29,001 nt of DNA from an uncultured virus (IMG/VR IMGVR_UViG_3300005326_000001) (IMGVR_UViG_3300005326_000001), one strand, 5' to 3'; positions 7,807-16,357 are shown, counted from the stretch's first letter. Made by a program: numbers and translations. Notes: generated by a model not told the origin, from the letters alone.

Positions 7807-8665
7807 GAATCCTGATAAAACACCTAAGGTGGCGAAACTAGCGGAATATAGCCCAAATATAGGGATAGACCCCCACTTGGGGGCTAAAATAGCCAAATTG
7901 GAGACTAAAACGACCACAAATAAGGCAAATAAACATACTATGCCCCGTACTATGCCTCGAAAAGATTCCAACAATAAACAAGCAGGGAATACAACGGACA
8001 ATACAAACCCCACAGATAAACAACCAACCAAAACAGAACAACTCGACTACGAAAAATTCGCCCAATCAGTAGCCAATGGGGAATCCTTTGCGTCAGCATA
8101 CTTTAAGGCAGGAGGGCAAAGCGAAAAAAAATCACTCGCACAACAGTACGGGAGAGATATAGCCAAGAGACCCTACGTCAAGGAAATGATTGTCTCTTTT
8201 TCTTCCAATATTTCTGACCCCAAAGACTTCTCTAACAACGCCTTAGAATCCATGTATATTAACCGTTCCCGTGCCTCTTTAGCCGATGTTCTCCGCTGGG
8301 ACAAGCATGGGAAGATCACCGAAATCGTCCCTTCTGATGAAATTGACAGGGACGTCGCAGCCCGTATTTCCTCAATAAAAACTGATTTCGACCCCGAAAC
8401 CAAGACCACCTATATCAGGGAAGTCAAGCTGTATGACCCCCAGCCCTATGCTAACAGGTTGACAGACATCCGTAATATGGTGAAAAACCAAGCACCGCAA
8501 CAAGTTAACCAATTTAATATTAAGAATCTTCTCATAGATGCATCCGTGAAGAACCAAGAAAACCTGAAACGCAAACTCTCCAAGATAACCAACCCATTGT
8601 CTGAACCTGAACGCACCCCAGAGGTCGAAGTCATGCCCACAAAAAAGTCCAAGAAGCAATCATAA
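7799..8665 (+). CDS. terS: terminase small subunit
   Basis: HTH 'FAQSVANGESFASAYFKAG', then 'SLADVLRW....IVPSDEIDRDVAARISSIK...EVKLYD', typical of TerS; true start uncertain. Confidence 0.75.
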   Translation: MLKNPDKTPKVAKLAEYSPNIGIDPHLGAKIAKLETKTTTNKANKHTMPRTMPRKDSNNKQAGNTTDNTNPTDKQPTKTEQLDYEKFAQSVANGESFASAYFKAGGQSEKKSLAQQYGRDIAKRPYVKEMIVSFSSNISDPKDFSNNALESMYINRSRASLADVLRWDKHGKITEIVPSDEIDRDVAARISSIKTDFDPETKTTYIREVKLYDPQPYANRLTDIRNMVKNQAPQQVNQFNIKNLLIDASVKNQENLKRKLSKITNPLSEPERTPEVEVMPTKKSKKQS

Positions 8666-8705
8666 CATAACTTTCGTTTGGTTTCTGTAGTGTTATAGCA
8701 ACTCT

Positions 8706-9112
8706 ACTATATCCAGCCCCTTTTCGGGTCTCAACCCCGCAATTTTTGATACTTCCTTTGGGATTCCAAAGTTCTCTTTGCTGTATATGGGTATAAACGT
8801 GTGTCTTGACAGGGGTGTATGTGGGTGTATTTAGCACTAATATCCATGACAAAACAAACGAACGTTAGGTTTATAGGGTATCTGATCCCCCTTGTGTTTG
8901 GTATCTGGATTCGGGTATCTGGACACCGACAGAAACCCAGATTTTTTTCACCCTCTCCAAGGTGAGTTAAGTGTATATGTTATATAGGTTTACGCATTTT
9001 AGTCGCGAGACATAGTGAAATCACTATATCAGACCCCTTGATTTTGGGGCAAAAACAGGGTAAAATAAGTCTCACCCCCGTATTTTTGGATACTTTCTGT
9101 GATATATATCAC
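8706..9112. repeat. non-coding region with an imperfect direct repeat and palindromes
   Basis: actatatc..cccctt..gtctcaNccccgNattttt(g)gatacttNct at 8706-8757 and 9023-9098; tandem ggtatctgga; palindrome gtgatatatatcac at 9099-9112. Confidence 0.6.
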
Positions 9113-9214
9113 AAAATTAGGGTGTTTAACTGATCGGTCAAATCGCTGTAAGTCGTTGGTAATCGGTTGAACATTTTATATAGGGGAAATGCTATATGAA
9201 GTGTCAGGGGAAAT

Positions 9215-9243
9215 AAAAAAGGGGTGAAGGATTAGTTCACCCC
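9215..9243 (-). terminator. Rho-independent terminator
   Basis: GGGGTGAA/TTCACCCC stem plus T6 on the minus strand. Confidence 0.8.
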
Positions 9244-9271
9244 CCAGAAGAGACCGCTTTTCTGTGAATTA

Positions 9272-9760
9272 TTACATATCCAGTTGTTGGTTTTTCCTGT
9301 CGGGCGTTTCCTCGAACATGGTATTTAGTGAAGCATCCTCTTCGGGGATTGCCCCGTCTGTGTCGTACTCTTCCCAGAGTTCGGATATAATCTCGATTAT
9401 ATAGTCCTCCAGTCGGGAAGTGTCAAAGGATACAGAGATCAAGTTCCCCTGATCTCCATATTCATCTTCCAGTCCCTCCCTTGTCGCCTCGATTAACCAG
9501 TCTTTATCTATCTCTGGGTTTATCCCCCTTTGCCCTGAGTTTACCACCTCAATTTCGCAATAATCGGGGAGACAACCAGCCAATAGGAATTTAAGCCCGT
9601 CTAACCTGCCTTCAGGATCGTAGGTTTCCATATCCGCGAATAATGGAAGAATACCGTCGTGTAACTCGACCCTTAATATAGGAAGGGATTTAAGGGTATC
9701 TAAACGTTCCTGTAACTGTTCGGTAATCACGACTCGACCTCCTGTCTTGTTTGTGTCCAT
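9272..9760 (-). CDS. acidic hypothetical protein
   Basis: Very D/E-rich; start may be GTG 9730 (GGAGG RBS, GTGA overlap). Confidence 0.65.
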   Translation of the reverse strand: MDTNKTGGRVVITEQLQERLDTLKSLPILRVELHDGILPLFADMETYDPEGRLDGLKFLLAGCLPDYCEIEVVNSGQRGINPEIDKDWLIEATREGLEDEYGDQGNLISVSFDTSRLEDYIIEIISELWEEYDTDGAIPEEDASLNTMFEETPDRKNQQLDM

Positions 9761-9945
9761 GCCCCACCTTTAATTAGGTTTCTCAATGTGACTCTCGAAA
9801 ACCCATGATACGTTTGCCCGTTTTCATCCCTGAAATACAAACTATTCCCCTCTATTTTGTAAATTGTGTTTTTAGGTCTTCCGTCTTTGGAGTCAATCAC
9901 ATCACCCACCCTAAACTCATTATGCCATTTCTCTGTGTGTTTCAT
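9727..9945 (-). CDS. small SH3/KOW-like hypothetical protein
   Basis: FRVGDVI motif; AAGGGGGG RBS. Confidence 0.55.
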   Translation of the reverse strand: MKHTEKWHNEFRVGDVIDSKDGRPKNTIYKIEGNSLYFRDENGQTYHGFSRVTLRNLIKGGAWTQTRQEVES

Positions 9946-10038
9946 TTTACAACCCCCTTTTTATCGTGTTAGCGTGTGCCCTGCGATTGAACCGCAAGGC
10001 GAAAAATATACCGATTAACCAGATTATACAGATCGTAG

Positions 10039-10290
10039 TCATTTTATCCCCTCCAATAACCAGTTGACGCTATCAAGGAAAACAACGTGCTCATAGAATG
10101 CTTTCCCAAAATCCAATATGTCTTGTTTGGGAACAGCAAATGACCTGATCTTGTTTGCCACATCCTGCCCCTTCCATGCAGTAAAAATAACATTCCCCGT
10201 TCCCTTTTGATGTTCATGGAGTATATCAAAGCCATCAATATTAGGACAAGGGTGTAATATTCTCTCAACCTCTTTCAATGTTGTTCTCAT
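10039..10290 (-). CDS. hypothetical protein
   Basis: 83 aa, AGGGGG RBS, ATGA overlap. Confidence 0.6.
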   Translation of the reverse strand: MRTTLKEVERILHPCPNIDGFDILHEHQKGTGNVIFTAWKGQDVANKIRSFAVPKQDILDFGKAFYEHVVFLDSVNWLLEGIK

Positions 10291-10553
10291 TTCTCGACCC
10301 CCTTTAGTTTGAATTTATACCCCTTTTTTAAACCTCTTTTCGGTTTCTCTTTTTGGTTCCAAGTCGTTTTCCCACAGTCTGGACAACGTTTTGGTTCCTC
10401 ATCACCTCTCATGTCCCAGACGTGCCCACATCTGTAACAGTGCCTGATCATTATATGGTTTCTGATCCCCCGAACCGCCTCCGGCGATAATGTGATTGTT
10501 TCGGTGGGGAGCCAGAGAATAAGCCCCCCTGCCTGCGTATCGGTTATATTCAT
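10287..10553 (-). CDS. Zn-ribbon protein
   Basis: CYRCGHVW....PKRCPDCG..W, same motif as 2640-2786. Confidence 0.7.
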   Translation of the reverse strand: MNITDTQAGGLILWLPTETITLSPEAVRGIRNHIMIRHCYRCGHVWDMRGDEEPKRCPDCGKTTWNQKEKPKRGLKKGYKFKLKGVEK

Positions 10554-10774
10554 AGTAGCTCCTGTTCTGGATTCATAAGCGAAACAATACAGGGATCGGC
10601 TATATCCTCAAGAGAAGCATCCATCCATGTTTTATTGATCCACGCATATAACCTTATACCGCCCTGTCTTGTATATGAGATGGCAAATTTACCCTTCGGG
10701 TAAGAAATATATCCCGGCTGTTTTTTGATAACCTTCTGTTGTTCTTTTGTAAGTTTCTTCATTTGTATTTTCAT
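10550..10774 (-). CDS. hypothetical protein
   Basis: 74 aa, AAGGGGGTTT RBS. Confidence 0.6.
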   Translation of the reverse strand: MKIQMKKLTKEQQKVIKKQPGYISYPKGKFAISYTRQGGIRLYAWINKTWMDASLEDIADPCIVSLMNPEQELL

Positions 10775-10805
10775 TTCAAACCCCCTTTAGTTTAGTTTTG
10801 TCGTG

Positions 10806-10874
10806 CTATCTTGCTAACCACGCAATCAGCACTATGATTATGATTATGGTAGTGTAAATAAACGTACCCTTCAT
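10806..10874 (-). CDS. 22-aa hydrophobic peptide (not in the ORF track)
   Basis: MKGTFIYTTIIIIIVLIAWLAR, with its own AAGGGGTTTT RBS. Confidence 0.5.
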   Translation of the reverse strand: MKGTFIYTTIIIIIVLIAWLAR

Positions 10875-10897
10875 AAAACCCCCTTTGGTTTATTTGG

Positions 10898-11185
10898 TTA
10901 GCTTGGCAATAATTCACATGCAACAAATTTCTGTACATCTTCGGGTAAATCCAGAAATTCAATGCGTTTACCAAAATGCTTATGTGATCCCTTGAAAAAA
11001 TCAGCTTTCATTTCATTGCAATGTTGCCCGAATCCTCCGGGAGAAAATGGATGTTCGCTTGCCCCTATGTAATAGGTGTATTTCTCCCCGTTCACCTCCA
11101 TTAATCCAGATATAGCAATTGTGTACCTGTCAAAATTCTTTTCCCCAGAATCGAAACAATCAATAATAATTTGGCCTTTTTTCAT
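10898..11185 (-). CDS. phage hypothetical protein (DRYT...PF.P.GFGQH...GKRI.F.DLP.DVQ type)
   Basis: 95 aa, AAGGGGGTT RBS. Confidence 0.7.
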   Translation of the reverse strand: MKKGQIIIDCFDSGEKNFDRYTIAISGLMEVNGEKYTYYIGASEHPFSPGGFGQHCNEMKADFFKGSHKHFGKRIEFLDLPEDVQKFVACELLPS

Positions 11186-11207
11186 TTCTAACCCCCTTGT
11201 AATTGGT

Positions 11208-11486
11208 TTATAAATCCCTTTTTCTTGTTACATCTACAACACTACTTGAAATTTTATAATCTTTGAATACCTGCCATGATGGAGTTGTTGACCCGTTTGA
11301 ATGGTGTTCACGGGGTATATACCCGTTTTTCTCCAACCAGTCGCAAGCCGTATATTCCCATTGATTGCCATAACCATATTGGTAAGGAATAGATGTTAAT
11401 AGTTCCCCATCCTTCCAAATCCTAACAGCATGATATGTATTGCCGTTTATTTTGTCGAACCAACGCCTTCCTTCTACATGAAACAT
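11208..11486 (-). CDS. phage hypothetical protein (WFDK.NGNTY...YGYG type)
   Basis: 92 aa, GGAGGGGG RBS. Confidence 0.7.
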   Translation of the reverse strand: MFHVEGRRWFDKINGNTYHAVRIWKDGELLTSIPYQYGYGNQWEYTACDWLEKNGYIPREHHSNGSTTPSWQVFKDYKISSSVVDVTRKRDL

Positions 11487-11496
11487 AATAAACCCC

Positions 11497-11540
11497 CTCC
11501 TGTTAATTGTTATTTGATTTTGCTAATGTAATCTACTTTT
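11497..11540. repeat. 44-bp exact direct repeat, copy 2
   Basis: Identical to 6752-6795. Confidence 0.95.
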
Positions 11541-11603
11541 TAATTGTTTGTTTTATCCCTCTTCGGTATATATACAGGGGGAATTAACCCCCTGTATCGG
11601 GAT

Positions 11604-12080
11604 TTATAGCCAAGCAGGTTTTACTTTGGTTTCCGGTAAAAACTCCAGCCATGTTATCACAACATGAGGAACAGGCTCATAAAGCCAAGCCGACCCGTAT
11701 TTATACCCGCATACAGGGCAAGGTTTCAATAGAACGCCTTCGGCTCGCTGGTGTTCGCATCCTGCCCGTAAATCATTCAAGTGCCAAGCATTCCATATTG
11801 ACAGGAGTTTTAAAAAACTTTCCTTGTCCCATCCCTGATTATATTTAATATCTTCATCTTGGTATGACCTGAACCCCTTATCGCCGAAAAATTCGTCCCT
11901 GATCTGCCCGCAAGCCCCCCTCGCATTCCCGTTTGACATTGGAGCAATAACCCCCGAAAGCGACAGGTTTTTTTTGTCCCCCTTCTGCGAATACTCGATC
12001 TTGATAAAAACAGGCAATAAAGCCCCGTTCTCCTTTACCGAACACGGATTAATAACCTTATTAAAAATTGTCTCACTCAT
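11604..12080 (-). CDS. phage hypothetical protein (WHLND..AGC...CPVCGYKYGSAW type)
   Basis: Start moved to ATG 12080, after an AAGGGGGTTT RBS. Confidence 0.7.
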   Translation of the reverse strand: MSETIFNKVINPCSVKENGALLPVFIKIEYSQKGDKKNLSLSGVIAPMSNGNARGACGQIRDEFFGDKGFRSYQDEDIKYNQGWDKESFLKLLSIWNAWHLNDLRAGCEHQRAEGVLLKPCPVCGYKYGSAWLYEPVPHVVITWLEFLPETKVKPAWL

Positions 12081-12196
12081 TATAAACCCCCTTTTAAATT
12101 TGTGAACATTATTAACCCCGTTTACCCTTTTACGTTTGTTCGCATAAAATACATTATGTAAACCTGATGAGATATTAGTGCTAAAGATAGTGAACA

Positions 12197-12433
12197 TCAA
12201 TAATATTTAGCTATATCTAAAATTTCCTCGCGTGTCAATTTATTATCACCTATCGGGCTATATGGGACAGAGCGAGGCATCCCGAAAGGCCTGATCCATG
12301 TCTTTTTGTCCTGAAAACTAATCTCGAATGATGGTTCTCTATCCAGGTAAACGATATAATAAGCGTTCGGATCAGCCTCTTTTTTTACCCTGTTAATACA
12401 GGATTTTTTAGTTCTGATTGTAACCTGATTCAT
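12197..12433 (-). CDS. hypothetical protein
   Basis: Start moved to ATG 12433 (MNQVTIR), after AAGGGGGTTTT. Confidence 0.6.
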   Translation of the reverse strand: MNQVTIRTKKSCINRVKKEADPNAYYIVYLDREPSFEISFQDKKTWIRPFGMPRSVPYSPIGDNKLTREEILDIAKYY

Positions 12434-12527
12434 AAAACCCCCTTTGTTATTTGTTAATGTCCGGGATCGCTGCGGAAATATCCCCGCCCCATTAACGGGG
12501 GGAACCCATCCCCCCGCCCGTCTGAGT

Positions 12528-12824
12528 TTAGAACATAGAGGAACAAACGATTTTTGCACATTCCAGCGGATCAAGTCCAAACTTTTCCTTGTTCACCTTG
12601 TCGCATACGCTCTGCGCGCCCTCGTAGGTTTTCCCGAAATACCAAGGGTTTGCGCCCTCGCCTTGCCCTTTCATGGGGAAATGACCTTTTACGCCCTCGA
12701 AAACCATTGAGGGGATATAACCGTTTTCGTCAACACAATTGATTGTAATTGTGTAACAATGCCTTTTCTCGAAAAGCTCATCCATGTTCATGTTGCCCTT
12801 TGTTGTGATTTCCATTTTCCCCAT
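12528..12824 (-). CDS. hypothetical protein
   Basis: First gene after the 12.9-kb promoter; start uncertain. Confidence 0.65.
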   Translation of the reverse strand: MGKMEITTKGNMNMDELFEKRHCYTITINCVDENGYIPSMVFEGVKGHFPMKGQGEGANPWYFGKTYEGAQSVCDKVNKEKFGLDPLECAKIVCSSMF

Positions 12825-12874
12825 CCTTGTTTAGTGTTGTTGTTGTGCTTCGCATATTGTCTGTATCTATATTA

Positions 12875-12903
12875 TATATAACCTTTTACCTTCCCTATGT
12901 CAA
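12875..12903 (-). promoter_or_regulatory. sigma70-type promoter
   Basis: TTGACA-17 bp-TATATA. Confidence 0.75.
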
Positions 12904-13285
12904 GTGTTTTCTTCATTATACTGCATAATTCCGCAAAATAGTTATAAATTGACTTTGCGCAATGCGATATAAGGCACGATCTCCAGGCGATCCGATATAT
13001 AACACGCCTGAAAACAGGACAGGACAAGGGGAGGAATAAGGATATAGAGATATAGCAAATAAACTATACCCCCAAGTGGACACAGGGGAGGTAAGCGAGT
13101 TCTCTTCTTTCCTACCCTCTTTTCAAGTCTGTCTTATTTTCTCTCAAAATCTCTTGACCCCCCTTCTCTCTCGGTTTAGCTTCTCCCCCGCTCTTGGTTA
13201 TGGGTCTATCTTTTTCCCCTATGTGGCAATTCCATATTCGCAAATTTTTTCTGGGATATTTTTTGTCAAAATATTTGGACTACTA

Positions 13286-13314
13286 TTGTGCTCTGCTGTT
13301 ATTTCGATTATACT
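13286..13314 (+). promoter_or_regulatory. sigma70-type promoter
   Basis: TTGTGC-17 bp-TATACT, upstream of an AGGAGG RBS. Confidence 0.55.
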
Positions 13315-13374
13315 ATGCGTACCAACACACTATGTAACACAGAATGCAAAGCACACACATAAAGGAGGCACATT

Positions 13375-13614
13375 ATGAAGCTCACGACTGAACCCTCACC
13401 TATTCGTTGTTGGCTTACTGCTCCATGGTATATTGGATGTATTGAACTAGTTGTCTCTGTGGTTATCATTGGGGGTATTATATTTCGGGTGCTATGGACT
13501 CTGGAGCCATTGGATGAGGGCGATATGTTGCTTATGTCCCGCTCTCTTGTGGTTGGCATAATAAGCTATGGATTGATAAGAATAGACAGATTTCTTGAAG
13601 AGAGGGGAATATGA
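13375..13614 (+). CDS. small two-TM membrane protein
   Basis: Two hydrophobic segments; AGGAGG RBS. Confidence 0.65.
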   Translation: MKLTTEPSPIRCWLTAPWYIGCIELVVSVVIIGGIIFRVLWTLEPLDEGDMLLMSRSLVVGIISYGLIRIDRFLEERGI

Positions 13615-13916
13615 GCAAAAGACCCACGAAGCCTGAGATGGTTAGATTGCTCAGTAATACGCTTGAGCGGTGTCTCCAGAATAACCCAGGGGCTAGGCTT
13701 GTAGATGTACACCCTAATCGTATTCTGTATAAGGTTGAGTATATGCGTGGCACTGGTATGTATTCGATACGGCTTAGGAGAGAGAAAGAAAGGGTGTATA
13801 CACTTAATCAGACAATAACTGAAACCATGATTATGGGTGTAAGGAACAAGCAGATTCTTTATCGTATTGTTGATGATATAGTACAGAAGTTCCTTCTTGA
13901 CAGTGGAGGGTGTTAA
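13611..13916 (+). CDS. hypothetical protein
   Basis: 101 aa, ATGA overlap. Confidence 0.6.
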   Translation: MSKRPTKPEMVRLLSNTLERCLQNNPGARLVDVHPNRILYKVEYMRGTGMYSIRLRREKERVYTLNQTITETMIMGVRNKQILYRIVDDIVQKFLLDSGGC

Positions 13917-14546
13917 ATGAACACTGATTTCAGGTTTATCTTCAATGAGAAGGTGGCTACACAGGCTGCCTGTAAGTTTATTGAGTGCTATGATGGCGAG
14001 ATGTATACTGACGACCTTATCTTGCTTATGTATTTAGCGGAGAGACAGTGCATGAAGCGGTGGCATAAGCTATGTGGAGACAGCTATTCTGCTTCATCTT
14101 ATGGTATACGTGGTGATGGGATTATGAAGTGTCTGGGTTTTAGGGAGAGACCCACGGAACATGTAGAGTTTGCGGAGTTTAATTTTGGGGAATACTGGGA
14201 TGAACATATCTGGGTAGACCCAAGGGGTTCATTCAAGGTGTCAATGATAAAGGTTCCCGTTAGTACTTGTGAGTATGGGTGCCTATGCCCACGACATGTG
14301 AATGCGATAAGAGCATTATCTCGGATGTTCAAGGGGAGGATTTATCCCAATCTAGACTCAACTTGGATATATGACTGCATATATGATTTACCAGAATATA
14401 AGCCTGAGCACCACAGTCTGACAGAAACGCCCCTTAGTGTTATGGATATATTACGTGGATTAGGAAAGAGTGATGATGATATTGAGGAATACATAGAGGA
14501 TATGGAAGGACACTACTCACTGTTGAGACTATTTAGTAAGATATAG
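13917..14546 (+). CDS. Panacea/SocA-like (DUF4065) antitoxin-domain protein
   Basis: FNEKVATQAA..F....G.M....LILLMYLAER......L.GDSY.A..YG, and C-terminal LPEY.....PLSVMDILRGLGKS. Confidence 0.7.
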   Translation: MNTDFRFIFNEKVATQAACKFIECYDGEMYTDDLILLMYLAERQCMKRWHKLCGDSYSASSYGIRGDGIMKCLGFRERPTEHVEFAEFNFGEYWDEHIWVDPRGSFKVSMIKVPVSTCEYGCLCPRHVNAIRALSRMFKGRIYPNLDSTWIYDCIYDLPEYKPEHHSLTETPLSVMDILRGLGKSDDDIEEYIEDMEGHYSLLRLFSKI

Positions 14547-14821
14547 TTTACTGAGAGGTTTTCGTGAGTTTTTGCTTACGCTATAAGAATCTTGTATATG
14601 TTTAGTGATTTTTAATAAAAATTCGTGTTAGTTGTTGTTTTTCTTGACATTACGGCTATTTCGACTTTCCATTCTAATATATTAGTAGTTATACCTTCTT
14701 GTCGCGGATGTCATGTTCCACCGCTATCTGCAACTTGTTATATAACCCCCGAAAATAATTTAGCTATTGGTCAAAATATTCCTTGCCAGTACCTTGTCGG
14801 AATATTACTGCATAATATTCC

Positions 14822-14850
14822 TTGCATTACACTTACATATCGGCTATAAT
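14822..14850 (+). promoter_or_regulatory. sigma70-type promoter
   Basis: TTGCAT-17 bp-TATAAT. Confidence 0.7.
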
Positions 14851-14930
14851 GGTTGCGTTATGCTAACATAGTTGCGACAAACTAACAGCGACAGTTAAAG
14901 ATAGCGCACTTTAACAGAAAGGGGAATATA

Positions 14931-15116
14931 GTGAAACTCACGAAACCACAGATTGAGATGTTGCGAGATTGCGCAAATGACAAGCCAATAACGCTAACAT
15001 TGGACTTGACAGCAGGAAACCTAAGCATAGGCTATTTGGTATTAGAAGGCTATTTAAAAGCAGAAATCAGCCTCACCGATCTCGGTCGCAAGGCACTGGA
15101 GGAGGAGACAGTATAA
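14931..15116 (+). CDS. small winged-helix-like protein
   Basis: LTKPQIEML...LV.EGYL....LTDLGRKAL. Confidence 0.55.
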   Translation: MKLTKPQIEMLRDCANDKPITLTLDLTAGNLSIGYLVLEGYLKAEISLTDLGRKALEEETV

Positions 15117-15409
15117 TGGATATTGTGCATATCCCGGTGCTATCGCCCGATGGTGGGCGCGTTGAATATCTTCGGGTTTATTATGGTACAGATGAGTGTG
15201 CCAATAGGATTGTTTCCGCACTTTGCAGGAAACGCCCAAACATAATTGCCAAATATCATGTGTGCCTAATAGAAGACAAAATACACTTTGATATTCGCCT
15301 ATGGGACATAAGGTTTTGCCCCACCATAAGTGGAGACTTGGCTCGGTCTGGCAACATAGATGGAATTGTTAAATTTTTATTGGACATGTTTCCAGAGGAA
15401 GGAGAATAG
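15116..15409 (+). CDS. hypothetical protein
   Basis: GGAGGAG RBS, TAATG coupling. Confidence 0.6.
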   Translation: MDIVHIPVLSPDGGRVEYLRVYYGTDECANRIVSALCRKRPNIIAKYHVCLIEDKIHFDIRLWDIRFCPTISGDLARSGNIDGIVKFLLDMFPEEGE

Positions 15410-15410
15410 C

Positions 15411-15602
15411 ATGAAAAAACTATTTAATTACCTATTGTTTAAGTGGAAATTCAGGAAACACCGCCAGATGGATAGTCAGTTGGAGAGTTTTTTAAGACAA
15501 CTTATGGACAATGGAAGTGTGGATATTGTTTATATGGGACTACCAATTAAAGTATTTGTGACCCCCACTGTTAGAGAAAAGGGGATTAGCAATGTCAAAT
15601 AA
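15411..15602 (+). CDS. hypothetical protein
   Basis: Start moved to ATG 15411, after AGGAG. Confidence 0.55.
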   Translation: MKKLFNYLLFKWKFRKHRQMDSQLESFLRQLMDNGSVDIVYMGLPIKVFVTPTVREKGISNVK

Positions 15603-15897
15603 TCCAGAACCTTATCTTACCCGCCCGCAGGTTAGTTTGCTCCGTAGGTTAGTTCAGGTGGACACGTATCTCATTCCCAGTCATATATGTAACGGTGTAA
15701 ACCGCAATGGTGAAATCGACAGCCATGAGGCTGGATGGGCTACAGAGGACGGAACAAGACTGGTTAAGCCGTGTACTGTAAACAGGCTATTAGAGCTGGG
15801 GTTTTTACGACCAGATAAAGATAGTATTCACCCGCGGCTATTTATCACCCCAGGGGGGATAGAGGAAATCAAAAAATACAGGAGGGACAAACAGTGA
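15592..15897 (+). CDS. small winged-helix-like protein
   Basis: LTRPQVSLLRRL...TVNRLLELGFL...FITPGG. Confidence 0.55.
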   Translation: MSNNPEPYLTRPQVSLLRRLVQVDTYLIPSHICNGVNRNGEIDSHEAGWATEDGTRLVKPCTVNRLLELGFLRPDKDSIHPRLFITPGGIEEIKKYRRDKQ

Positions 15898-15938
15898 GTA
15901 CAAAAGGAAACGGGTTTTCCTGAAAGGTGGTTAGATTT

Positions 15939-16124
15939 ATGGATAGTTGTTGCGTGTGCAAAAAAACAATCAATTTTGATTTGACCAGCTCAAACTATAT
16001 GGCAGATGCCATACTGGTGATCTATGACTGGGGTAAAATAAAATATGAATACAAGATGTGCCGACAGTGTTACTCGTGTCTCGGAAACACAAAAATCAGA
16101 AAGGACAGAAGGAGGGAAAGATGA
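15939..16124 (+). CDS. Zn-finger-like small protein
   Basis: CCVC...CRQC; start uncertain. Confidence 0.5.
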   Translation: MDSCCVCKKTINFDLTSSNYMADAILVIYDWGKIKYEYKMCRQCYSCLGNTKIRKDRRRER

Positions 16125-16357
16125 AACACGAATGCATTAATTGCGAAAAAGAAACAGAACACGTTCCAACAGATGATGAACTTGTAAGGGATGGGTTTAT
16201 CAGGGTAGTGACGCCCTATATGATTTATTATAAAGCTGAGTATAAATGCTCGGAATGCGGGAGAAAAATATCAATAGAAGTTGATAGAAAAGAAACAGCA
16301 AAAGGCTACACTCCAGAGGAATACGCAGAAAGAAAAAGATTGGGGCATGCAGAATGA
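16121..16357 (+). CDS. Zn-ribbon protein
   Basis: CINC.KETEH...CSECG; AGGAGG RBS before ATG 16121. Confidence 0.65.
   Translation: MKHECINCEKETEHVPTDDELVRDGFIRVVTPYMIYYKAEYKCSECGRKISIEVDRKETAKGYTPEEYAERKRLGHAE

Noticed and set aside
11471..11486. Third parS at the MFHVE start
   Set aside because: TGTTTCATGTAGAAGG is not palindromic, has several mismatches and lies in coding sequence.
14644..14672. Promoter at TTGACA 14644
   Set aside because: No acceptable -10 at 16-18 bp spacing; 14822-14850 is the better candidate.
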